From Solirubrobacterales bacterium (GTDB lineage: Bacteria; Actinomycetota; Thermoleophilia; Solirubrobacterales; 70-9): a DNA stretch of 54,733 nt. The stretch spans positions 1 to 54,733 of the forward strand of contig JBBSQE010000001.1 of assembly GCA_038258095.1 (NCBI GenBank), read 5' to 3'. Within the stretch, counting starts at the first letter, position 1; each line of letters begins with the position of its first letter. Below, piece after piece: positions 1 to 7,814 of the stretch. The notes beneath the pieces are model-generated. The model was given only the letters and a program-made list of their open reading frames with translations. It ran no database searches and was not told the DNA's origin. Position numbers and translations under genes: made by a program.

Positions 1-152
1 ATCGTCGCCGACTTGCCCTGCTCGGAGATCGACATTGCGAGCTTCGAGGGGGTCGGGTTGCTGTCGCTGCCCCCGCACCCTGCGGCAAACGCCGTTGCGA
101 CGAGCAGAAAACCCACGCCCAAACCCCACCTCGAGATCCTGAATACCCACAT
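1..152 (-). CDS. Putative lipoprotein, N-terminal fragment (gene runs off the window start)
   Basis: Minus-strand ATG at 150-152 with GAGGAG about 8 nt upstream. Translation MWVFRISRWGLGVGFLLVATAFAAGCGGSDS... is a signal peptide plus lipobox (AAGC). Confidence 0.5.
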   Translation of the reverse strand, partial: MWVFRISRWGLGVGFLLVATAFAAGCGGSDSNPTPSKLAMSISEQGKSAT

Positions 153-217
153 GGAAAGGCTCCTCTTCATTCGGTGATTGACTGCCTCCCTCGGTGACAC
201 TCGAAACGGGTGTGATC

Positions 218-1600
218 CTATCCGCTCTGGCGCACCAGCGCCTCCTCGATGCGCCGGATCGTCCTCTCCCTGCCGAGCGCAGCGAGGGATTCGAAGATTC
301 CGGGTGAGATGGTGGATCCGGTGATCGCAACTCGAATCGGTTGGTAGAGCTTGCCGGGCTTGACCGAGTGGCGTTCGAGCACCGGGGCCAGAGCCTCCTC
401 GATCGCCTGCGGGTCGAAGCTCGGGGCATCGGCAAGCACCGCTCCGGCGTCCTCGAGCAGGGGGAGCGTCTCCGAGCGCATCACCTTGCGCCATGCCTTC
501 TCGTCTGGAACCGGGTCCTCGAAGAGGAAGCGGATCAACGGCCAGACCTCGGCGAGCGTCTGGGCCTTCTCCTGGGCGATCGAGCAGGCGGCCCGCAGAT
601 CCTCGTCCGGCTCTCGCCCGACGAACCGAGCGACCGCCTCCGTGTAGGCGTCCAGCGGCATCTCGCGCATGAAGCGCCCGTTCAGCCAGCGCAGCTTCTT
701 CTCGTCGAAGATCGCGGACGCGCGGCCGACGTCCTTGACCTCGAAACGCCGCACCAGCTCCTCGGTCGACATAATCGTCGTGTCGTCGGTGGTGCCCCAG
801 CCGAGCAATGCGAGGTAGTTGCGCACAGCAGCGGGCAGGTACCCGGAGTCCCGCAGCTCGCCGACCGACGCCGCGCCGTGGCGCTTGGAGAGCTTCTTGC
901 CGTCCGGGCCGTGGAGCAACGGCAGATGGGCGTAGCGCGGCGGCTCGTGGCCGAGCGCCCCGAGGACCAGAAGCTGCTTGGGGGTATTCGAGAGGTGGTC
1001 GTCGCCCCTGATCACCTCGGTGACACCGGATCGGGCGTCATCGACGGCCACCGCGAAGTTGTAGAGGACGGAGCCATCGCCCCGGGCGATCACGAAGTCG
1101 TCAAAGCTCCGGTTGGGGAAACGCACCGGGCCGCGGACGACATCGTCGACGACCGTGTCCCCGTCGTCCGGCACGCGGAGGCGGACCGCAGCGTCGGCGG
1201 CGTCACCGTTCGGGGCGCCGCGGTAGCCACGTTCCGAGCCGTGGGCGGCCTTCCAGGCGCGGACGTCGTCGGCGGTCGCCGGGTCGCGGTAGGCGGCGCC
1301 GGATTCGAGCAGGCGCTCGAGAGCCTCCGCATGGGACTCGGCATCGGCGTGCTGGAACAGAGGGCCGTCGTCCCAGTCGAGCTCGAGCCAGCGCAGCGAA
1401 TCGAGGATCTGCTCCACGTGCTCCGGAGTTGATCGCTCACGGTCGGTGTCCTCGATTCGCAGGATCAGCTCGCCGCCATCATGGCGTGCCGCGAGCCAGT
1501 TGTAGAGAGCCGTGCGGGCTCCGCCGATGTGCAGGGCGCCCGTTGGCGAGGGCGCGAATCTGTAGCGGGAGGAGCCGGTCACCCCCGGATGTTCGCTCAT
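218..1600 (-). CDS. gltX: Glutamate--tRNA ligase
   Basis: ORF 218..1900 trimmed to the ATG at 1598-1600 (MSEHPGV...). Class I aaRS HIGH motif (ALHIGGARTALYNW) and KMSKS-type motif (KLSKRHG). The 460 aa length is typical of GluRS. Confidence 0.93.
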   Translation of the reverse strand: MSEHPGVTGSSRYRFAPSPTGALHIGGARTALYNWLAARHDGGELILRIEDTDRERSTPEHVEQILDSLRWLELDWDDGPLFQHADAESHAEALERLLESGAAYRDPATADDVRAWKAAHGSERGYRGAPNGDAADAAVRLRVPDDGDTVVDDVVRGPVRFPNRSFDDFVIARGDGSVLYNFAVAVDDARSGVTEVIRGDDHLSNTPKQLLVLGALGHEPPRYAHLPLLHGPDGKKLSKRHGAASVGELRDSGYLPAAVRNYLALLGWGTTDDTTIMSTEELVRRFEVKDVGRASAIFDEKKLRWLNGRFMREMPLDAYTEAVARFVGREPDEDLRAACSIAQEKAQTLAEVWPLIRFLFEDPVPDEKAWRKVMRSETLPLLEDAGAVLADAPSFDPQAIEEALAPVLERHSVKPGKLYQPIRVAITGSTISPGIFESLAALGRERTIRRIEEALVRQSG

Positions 1601-1747
1601 GCGTTCCGATTTCGCCGCCCCGCCCGATCGACCCCGCTTGACTAGAGTCGCGCGGCGATCCGCGCATCGGGGCCAACTCCCGGAGGAGACGCAGGCGATC
1701 AGCAGATCAGAGAGTCGGCGCGTACCTGCGCGATCCTGACTGTAACC

Positions 1748-2053
1748 TTGGCGCTGTGCCCCGGCCTCGGCGCCTGTGGGCGCTCGGTCAGCGCCGAGGA
1801 CCAGATCACCGGTCTGATCACCAACGCCGTGGACAATACGCGCGAGGCGCCCTGCACCCGGTCCTTCACACTGAACTTCGCCGAGAAGGCCCCGCAGCAA
1901 AAGGAGAAGGGCACCTTCAGCCTGGTCCGCGAGTCCGGCGAGTGGAAGATCAACGCGACCGGCACCGTCGGCTGGGCCGCAGAGACGGTGTGCAGGGCGA
2001 TCGCGCGAGGCGCAGCGGTCGCGCGACGCGGCTCACGTCCGCCACCTGCTTAG
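1748..2053 (+). CDS. Small putative lipoprotein; start codon unresolved
   Basis: High third-position GC through roughly the first 75 codons. N-terminus ...LTVTLALCPGLGACG looks like a lipobox. The frame is open from 1646 but has no canonical start before the TTG at 1748, so the true start may be non-canonical and upstream. Confidence 0.35.
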   Translation: MALCPGLGACGRSVSAEDQITGLITNAVDNTREAPCTRSFTLNFAEKAPQQKEKGTFSLVRESGEWKINATGTVGWAAETVCRAIARGAAVARRGSRPPPA

Positions 2054-2063
2054 GTGAGGGGCC

Positions 2064-2939
2064 ATGCTCATCGGCGCCCACGTTTCGGCCAGCGGCGGCC
2101 TCCCGACGGCGATCGAGCGGGGCGAGAAGCTCGGCTGTGACTCGATCCAGATCTTCCACCAGAGCCCGCGCATGTGGCGGCCGACGAACTACGGACCCGA
2201 TGACTTCGAGGCATTCCGGGCAGCGATGGAGAAATCGCGTGTCGAGGCTGTGATCATCCACGCGGTCTACCTGATCAACTGCGCCACCAAAGAAGCTGAT
2301 CTGCGCGAGAAGTCACTCAACTCGCTCGTCCACGCACTGAGGATCGGTGACGGGATCGGCGCCCGCGGAGTGGTGCTCCACCCCGGCGCCCAGAAGGGTG
2401 AGCCCCACGGGCCGTCGATGAAGCGCGCCGCCGAGGTGATCGCCGAAGCGCTCGAGGAGACCGAGGACTGCCCGCTCCTCCTCGAGCAGACCGCCGGCCA
2501 CAAGGGCCTGCTCGGACGGGACTTCGACGAGACGGCGGAGCTGATCGAGCTCGCGGGCGGTGGGCCCCGGCTCGGCCTATGCCTCGACTCCTGCCACATG
2601 TTCGTCCAGGGCATGGACGTGACCGACGCCGACAGGCTCGCGGCCGTCCTCGACCAGGCCGACGCGACGGTCGGCCTGGACCGCCTCGGCGCGGTTCATG
2701 TCAACGATGCGGCGGTCCCATTCGACTCCCACCGCGACCGCCACGCGAGCCTCGGTAAGGGCGAGATGGGCCGCTACGGGCTCGCGCCGTTCCTCTCCGA
2801 GCCGCGGTTCGAGGGCCTCCCCGCCACCCTGGAGACGCCCGGACCGGAGAAGAAGGGAGCCGACCGCAGGGAGGTGGCGTTGGCGAAACGCTGGCGCAGG
2901 CGAGGACTCGAGGAGCGCGGGGTCCCCGGTGGGCCCTAG
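2064..2939 (+). CDS. nfo: Endonuclease IV (AP endonuclease family 2)
   Basis: 291 aa beginning MLIGAHVS. Conserved blocks IHAVYLINCA, VVLHPG, CLDSCHMF and HVND are typical of Nfo TIM-barrel metal-binding sites. A purine-rich GGTGAGGGG lies just upstream. Confidence 0.88.
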   Translation: MLIGAHVSASGGLPTAIERGEKLGCDSIQIFHQSPRMWRPTNYGPDDFEAFRAAMEKSRVEAVIIHAVYLINCATKEADLREKSLNSLVHALRIGDGIGARGVVLHPGAQKGEPHGPSMKRAAEVIAEALEETEDCPLLLEQTAGHKGLLGRDFDETAELIELAGGGPRLGLCLDSCHMFVQGMDVTDADRLAAVLDQADATVGLDRLGAVHVNDAAVPFDSHRDRHASLGKGEMGRYGLAPFLSEPRFEGLPATLETPGPEKKGADRREVALAKRWRRRGLEERGVPGGP

Positions 2940-4222
2940 CGGATGTGGTGCCCGGAGATCGCCCTCGAGATGACGAGGCGCTGAATCTCAGAGGTGCCCT
3001 CGAAGATCGTGTAGATCTTCGCGTCGCGGGCCATCCGCTCGACCGGAAACTCGCGGGTGTAGCCGTTTCCGCCGAGGATCTGGATGGCGCGCTCGGTCAC
3101 CCAGACGGCGACCTCGCCGGCCTTCAGCTTCGACATCGAGCCCTCGGCGTTTTCGAACGGCATCTGGTTGCGGCCCATCCAGGCTGCGCGCCACACCAGC
3201 AGACGGGCGGCGTCGATCTCCATCTTCATGTCGGCGAGCGTGAAGGCGATGGCCTGGTTCTCGACGATCGGCTTGCCGAATTGCTCGCGCTCCTTGGCGT
3301 AATTCAGCGAGTACTCGTAGGCGGCCCTGGCGATTCCGAGCGCCTGGGCGCCTACCGTCGGGCGGCTCGCCTCGAAGGTCGCCATCGCTGCCTGGCCCTT
3401 TGACTTCTTGCCCTCACGCACACGGGCGAGGCGCTCGTCGAGCCTCTCCTTGCCGCCGAGCAGACAGGACCCGGGGATGCGGCAATCGTCGAGGTGCACG
3501 TCGGCGGTGTGCGAAGCGCGGATGCCGTGCTTCTTCACCTTGGCCCCCTGCTCGCAGCCTTTGGTGCCGGGCGGGATGACGAAGGCGGCGTGGCCGCGAG
3601 ACTTGAGCTCACGGTCGACGGTGGCGATCACGACATGGACATCGGCGATGCCGCCGTTCGTCGCCCAGGCCTTTTGGCCGTTCAGGACCCACTCGTCGTT
3701 CGCCTCGTCGTACTTCGCCGAGGTGCGGACGGCGGAGACGTCGGAGCCGGCGTCGGGCTCAGAGGAGCAGAAGGCAGCGACCTTGGGCTCCTCGACCGAG
3801 CCGTAGCACTGCGGGACCCACTCCCCCATCTGCTCCGGGGTTCCCTGCCCGAAGATCGCCGCGACGGCGAGGGTCGTGCCCATGATCGACATGCCGATGC
3901 CGGCGTCTCCCCAGAAGAGCTCCTCGTTGACGAGGGGCAGAGTGATGCCGGTCGGGTCGGCGAAGAACTGGGCGATGCCCTCGTAGCCGTAGAGACCGAT
4001 CTTGGCCGCCTCCTGGACGATCGGCCAGGGGAACTCCTCACGCTCGTCCCACTCGGAGGCCGCCGGGCGAGCAACGCCCTCAGCGAAACCGTGGACCCAT
4101 TCCTGGATGTCCTTCTGGTCCTGGTTCAGCTCGAGGGTGAACTTGGGCCCCTCGGACTCCCCGGCGCCGTTTGAGATGTCCTCTACGAGGCTTTCAGCGA
4201 GATCGGTTTCGGTAGCGCTCAT
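2936..4222 (-). CDS. Acyl-CoA dehydrogenase
   Basis: 428 aa with ACAD-like layout. C-terminal signature IYTIFEGTSEIQRLVISRAI and central block FCSSEPDAGSD. ATG at 4220-4222. Confidence 0.88.
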   Translation of the reverse strand: MSATETDLAESLVEDISNGAGESEGPKFTLELNQDQKDIQEWVHGFAEGVARPAASEWDEREEFPWPIVQEAAKIGLYGYEGIAQFFADPTGITLPLVNEELFWGDAGIGMSIMGTTLAVAAIFGQGTPEQMGEWVPQCYGSVEEPKVAAFCSSEPDAGSDVSAVRTSAKYDEANDEWVLNGQKAWATNGGIADVHVVIATVDRELKSRGHAAFVIPPGTKGCEQGAKVKKHGIRASHTADVHLDDCRIPGSCLLGGKERLDERLARVREGKKSKGQAAMATFEASRPTVGAQALGIARAAYEYSLNYAKEREQFGKPIVENQAIAFTLADMKMEIDAARLLVWRAAWMGRNQMPFENAEGSMSKLKAGEVAVWVTERAIQILGGNGYTREFPVERMARDAKIYTIFEGTSEIQRLVISRAISGHHIR

Positions 4223-4319
4223 GTCTGAGGAACTTTACACGGTTCGATGTCGTGGTCAGCACAACTCGCGTCCAGAGGCGTCCGTGCAGTCGTAAAGGAA
4301 AGCGAAGTGGCGCCGATGG

Positions 4320-4520
4320 TTGAGCATGCAGACATTGCGATGCCTAGAGTGCGGACCGCTGCTCTTCGTCGGCAGGTCGACCTGTCCGGCCTGTGGCGGC
4401 GCGAACGTTGCTCCAGTTGAGGAGTCGCCGATTCGGACATCCAGGGTCGACGACATCCGGGCGCAGCCGAGCGCCCTTGGCCCGGCCGGCCCGGAGCAGC
4501 GCCTGCACCCCATGCCCTGA
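4320..4520 (+). CDS. Possible small zinc-ribbon protein
   Basis: 66-aa ORF with CxxC-x13-CxxC (RCLECG...STCPACGG). It ends 6 nt before the next gene. Codon usage is not convincingly coding (several rare A/T-ending codons) and the start would be TTG. Confidence 0.25.
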   Translation: MSMQTLRCLECGPLLFVGRSTCPACGGANVAPVEESPIRTSRVDDIRAQPSALGPAGPEQRLHPMP

Positions 4521-4526
4521 GGCCCC

Positions 4527-5459
4527 ATGTACTTTGGTAGTCCTCAAGGTATGGCCGACCGCTCAGACCCGAGCATCTCTGACTCCCAGGGTAGTTCGGT
4601 TTTCGCGACATCGGAGCGGGCGGTGACCTTTGGTGCCCCCGGAGTGGCCTGGCCTCGCCGGCGCGACCGTGTTCTCGCCCGACTCTTCCATCGGCTGTCA
4701 TTGCGCAGCCCCGAGCAGGAGCGAAATGAGCATGCGTACTTCGAGTGGCGCTCCGGAGCAACGGACAGCTTCTTCCGGCGCCTGCCGAGCTGGCTGGATG
4801 TTGAGGGAAAGAGCGTGTTGGACGTCGGATGCGGCCACGGGAATCTGTGCTTCGACGTTGCGCGTCGCGGGGCCGACACGGTCCTCGGCATCGATATCCA
4901 ACCGATGGATCTCGCTCTGACGAACCTCGAAGCCCAGGATCCAGCAGCGGCAGAGAAGTGCAGTTTTCGCCAAACCTCTGATCTCGGGGATCTGGATGGT
5001 TCGCAGTTCGAGATGATCTTCTCCCAAGAGGCGTTCGAGCACTACGCGGAGCCCGAGGCCTTCATGGAGAGGCTCGCCGGCCTGCTCGCGCCTGGCGGTC
5101 TGTTCGTCGTGGGCTTCGGCCCGCTGTGGAAAGCGCCGACCGGCGCTCACATCGGCGGCGTGACCAGGCTGCCCTGGGCGCACCTGATATTCCCCGAGCA
5201 CATCGTCCTGGCCGAGCGTCGACGGTTTCGCCCGGGCGAGCAAGCCGTGCACTACGAGGACTTCCTCGGCGGGCTCAATCGCATGACCCTGGCTCGCTTC
5301 GAGCACATCATGGCCGGCACGCGCCTGCGCTGTGAGTATTTCGAGAGCAACCGAGGTGACCACCCCGTGATGCCGCTCTTCAGGGCGCTCGCTCGAATTC
5401 CGCTCCTCCGGGAGTACTGCACCTTCAACGTCTATTCAGTCTGGCGAGCCCCCTCCTAG
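4527..5459 (+). CDS. Class I SAM-dependent methyltransferase
   Basis: SAM-binding motif I VLDVGCGHGNL followed by the acidic motif II VLGIDI. 310 aa; the start could instead be M9 at 4551. Confidence 0.75.
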   Translation: MYFGSPQGMADRSDPSISDSQGSSVFATSERAVTFGAPGVAWPRRRDRVLARLFHRLSLRSPEQERNEHAYFEWRSGATDSFFRRLPSWLDVEGKSVLDVGCGHGNLCFDVARRGADTVLGIDIQPMDLALTNLEAQDPAAAEKCSFRQTSDLGDLDGSQFEMIFSQEAFEHYAEPEAFMERLAGLLAPGGLFVVGFGPLWKAPTGAHIGGVTRLPWAHLIFPEHIVLAERRRFRPGEQAVHYEDFLGGLNRMTLARFEHIMAGTRLRCEYFESNRGDHPVMPLFRALARIPLLREYCTFNVYSVWRAPS

Positions 5460-6832
5460 GAACCGGAGGCGGGTCGCAGCCCCCACCCGTCGTACAGGAG
5501 AGCCTTCGAAGCCCCGCTGATTTCGACTGAAGCCCCTCGGACCCGGATCCGCTCATGAGCCTCGAGGAGGTCGACATAGTCGCCGGCTCCCAACCACTTC
5601 ACGCCTTCGATGCCCGGCACTCGATAGATGTCACGTTTTAGAGCAAGGCGCGCCAGCATCACAGGATCCCGAGGCGGCAGAAATCCTTGGGGACGCGGAT
5701 CGAGGGAGCGCCCGTGGAAGACGACGGTGGGCGGTAGGCCGCTCGCCGCGAATCGCGACAGGGGGCGGAAGTCGAAGGCGTGCAGGCCGGAAAGTGCCGG
5801 ATCGAGCGTTTCGCGGACATTTCCTGCTTCAAGCAACGGCCCCGCCATGGGCGGCAGCCACGCCGGAAGACCAAGGTCGGCTGCCGCGCGGAGAGCCCCG
5901 TCGCTATAGCCCCAGGCCGGCGCCACGAATGTCGGAGGCTTCATGCCGAGCACCCGCTCCTGCCAGGGCGCGGCAATCTCGAGCCGGCGTCTTGCCTCCT
6001 CCCGGTCGAGCTGGCTGAACTCGAGGAAATCAACCCGGCCCTCGGCCAGGGCTTCCGGGACGAGATGCAGCAGGCCATGGCAGACGGGTTCGATCGCCCC
6101 GCCTTCGACCCCCGCCCTGAGTCCTGCGACAGCACGGGGCCACACGCGATCCAGGGCGACGCGCTCACCATCCATGAGTGCCTCGGCCGGCACCGCGACA
6201 TTGAGGCACGCGTCGTGTCGAGCAAAGGCCCTCGAGATCGCAGCGGAGAGCCGAGCCTGCGCTCGATCTCCCTTCGCGGTTCCCCGAACTTGCTGCAACG
6301 CCGTGCCGGGCACGTCATCTATGCGGGCAACCCCGACGGGAGGTAGAAGCACGAGTGGCCGCTCCAACACACCCGGCAGAAACTCCATCAGCGATTCGAG
6401 CACCCAGAAGCCCCCGAGCCGACCCCACCAGTCATCCGGGACTGCCCCCAGGAGGAGGATCGACTCCTGACGCACAGCGTGGTTGCCCACTGTCGAGCAT
6501 GACACTCCTGAGTTCCCGTCGAAGACCGTGAACCTGCCGTCCACGCGCCCGCCTCCGGAGAAGTTCGCCGTACCCTCGATCTCACGCTGAACCACGCCTT
6601 CGCCCTGCACCGGGCCGGGTCCGCCACGAAAGATCGCTGCGCCGGCGAGCTTGCCCTCGGCCACGAGGGATCGAAGCTCAGATTCCTCTTCTCGGTCCCC
6701 GAGGCCGACGGCCTGCGGATCCGGCTTTCCCAGCACGGGCCCAAGACGCCATAACCAGCCGAGTGCGGACGCGATCGGCTTTGTCGGGGAGCCCGAAGGG
6801 GCATAGAGACGCCCCTCGGAGATGTCGTTCAT
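5456..6832 (-). CDS. Hypothetical protein, C-terminal half polysaccharide-deacetylase/DUF2334-like
   Basis: ORF 5456..7033 trimmed to the ATG at 6830-6832 (MNDISEG...), because the upstream part overlaps the neighbouring gene. The C-terminal region (FVAPAWGYSDGALRAAADLGL, VVFHGRSLD) resembles NodB/DUF2334-type proteins. The N-terminal ~190 aa are unassigned. Confidence 0.45.
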   Translation of the reverse strand: MNDISEGRLYAPSGSPTKPIASALGWLWRLGPVLGKPDPQAVGLGDREEESELRSLVAEGKLAGAAIFRGGPGPVQGEGVVQREIEGTANFSGGGRVDGRFTVFDGNSGVSCSTVGNHAVRQESILLLGAVPDDWWGRLGGFWVLESLMEFLPGVLERPLVLLPPVGVARIDDVPGTALQQVRGTAKGDRAQARLSAAISRAFARHDACLNVAVPAEALMDGERVALDRVWPRAVAGLRAGVEGGAIEPVCHGLLHLVPEALAEGRVDFLEFSQLDREEARRRLEIAAPWQERVLGMKPPTFVAPAWGYSDGALRAAADLGLPAWLPPMAGPLLEAGNVRETLDPALSGLHAFDFRPLSRFAASGLPPTVVFHGRSLDPRPQGFLPPRDPVMLARLALKRDIYRVPGIEGVKWLGAGDYVDLLEAHERIRVRGASVEISGASKALLYDGWGLRPASGS

Positions 6833-6878
6833 GAATTCGCCACACGGGTCGATGCCACGTTCCGGCGAGATACAATGC

Positions 6879-7349
6879 TCACGCCGCGCCGATGCCGGTT
6901 TCGAAGCATTCCAGAAGGTAGGGCCACCCCTGGGCCGATCCCAGGGCGTCCCGATAGCTCGCAGCCGCTTCTCCGTGGCGCTCGAAGTCCATGTGAGTGA
7001 CCGTGACCCGGGTCCCGCCGTCGTCAGGAGCAAAGGTCACTTCCACCTCGGTCGCTTTATCGAGATCGGGAATGGGCTCACGCGATGGGCCGATCTGCCA
7101 GGCGAACCGCAGCCGGCCGGGCGGCTCCCACGAAAGCACCCGCCCCCAATCGCAACGGACTCCCGCGGGCCCGTACTCATGCAGGAGGCCGCCCTCCCCC
7201 GCCCCCAGCTCAAGCCCGACCAGATTCTCGCCGGACCACGTGTACTCGGAGGGCCACCATGCCCCGATCTCGGCGGAGAAGTACCTGAACGCCGCCTCGG
7301 GCTCGGCGGCGACTCGGACGTCGGACTCGATCTCGAGGACGTCGCTCAA
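6879..7349 (-). CDS. SRPBCC/AHSA1-family protein
   Basis: 156 aa. Pattern IESDVRVAAEPEAAFRYF...WWP...RLRFAW...TRVTVTH is typical of Aha1-like SRPBCC proteins. TTG start 3 nt after the upstream stop codon. Confidence 0.6.
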   Translation of the reverse strand: MSDVLEIESDVRVAAEPEAAFRYFSAEIGAWWPSEYTWSGENLVGLELGAGEGGLLHEYGPAGVRCDWGRVLSWEPPGRLRFAWQIGPSREPIPDLDKATEVEVTFAPDDGGTRVTVTHMDFERHGEAAASYRDALGSAQGWPYLLECFETGIGAA

Positions 7350-7352
7350 CGC

Positions 7353-7751
7353 CTAGAGCAGCGCGTTGCGGATGTCGAAGGCGCGCAGGCCCTCCGGGCC
7401 GTCGTCGGCGCAGTCGAAGAAACGCGGGTTGACGCAGTCATAGGAGGGCCCGGAGCCCTCGTAGGCGCGCTCGACCGCGAAGGGACAATGGGGGAGCGGG
7501 TCGCCGGTCATCTTCACGCCGCCGAAGCCGCCGATCTCGAGCACCGCGTCGAGTTCCACCTCCGCCGCGTAGACCTTCTGCACGCAGCCGACATATTGCT
7601 CGCCGCTCAGCATGTCCACGTAGCTGTAGACGTACCGGCAACGCATCTCGATGCAGCTCCTGGGCTCGACCAGCTTGTCGCAGAAGCTGCGGCACTGCCG
7701 GCACTCGCCGGTGCGCGATGAGGCGTGCTCCTGTGTCTGCCTGGCTGGCAT
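7353..7751 (-). CDS. Cysteine-rich hypothetical protein (9 Cys, CxxCxxxC cluster)
   Basis: 132-aa ORF with strongly GC-biased third positions, so clearly coding. Contains ECRQCRSFCDKL...CIEMRC. No family recognised. Confidence 0.6.
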   Translation of the reverse strand: MPARQTQEHASSRTGECRQCRSFCDKLVEPRSCIEMRCRYVYSYVDMLSGEQYVGCVQKVYAAEVELDAVLEIGGFGGVKMTGDPLPHCPFAVERAYEGSGPSYDCVNPRFFDCADDGPEGLRAFDIRNALL

Positions 7752-7814
7752 TCAGCGAAAGTCTATGGCGCGAACGGTGTCGGTCAAAGGTGGTTTTAGG
7801 GAGGGACGGGACGC

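Noticed and set aside
341-1432. Long ORF (363 aa) antisense to gltX. Similar shadow ORFs occur at 7438..8709 and 7651..8433 (dnaE region), 25549..26667 and 25659..26789 (asnB/beta-helix), 27280..28698, 45200..46186, 46689..48281 and 19934..20968.
   Set aside because: They are Arg/Pro/Gly/Ala-rich with no recognisable motifs. They lie opposite or out of frame to genes with clear family signatures. This is the typical stop-codon-poor artefact of GC-rich DNA.
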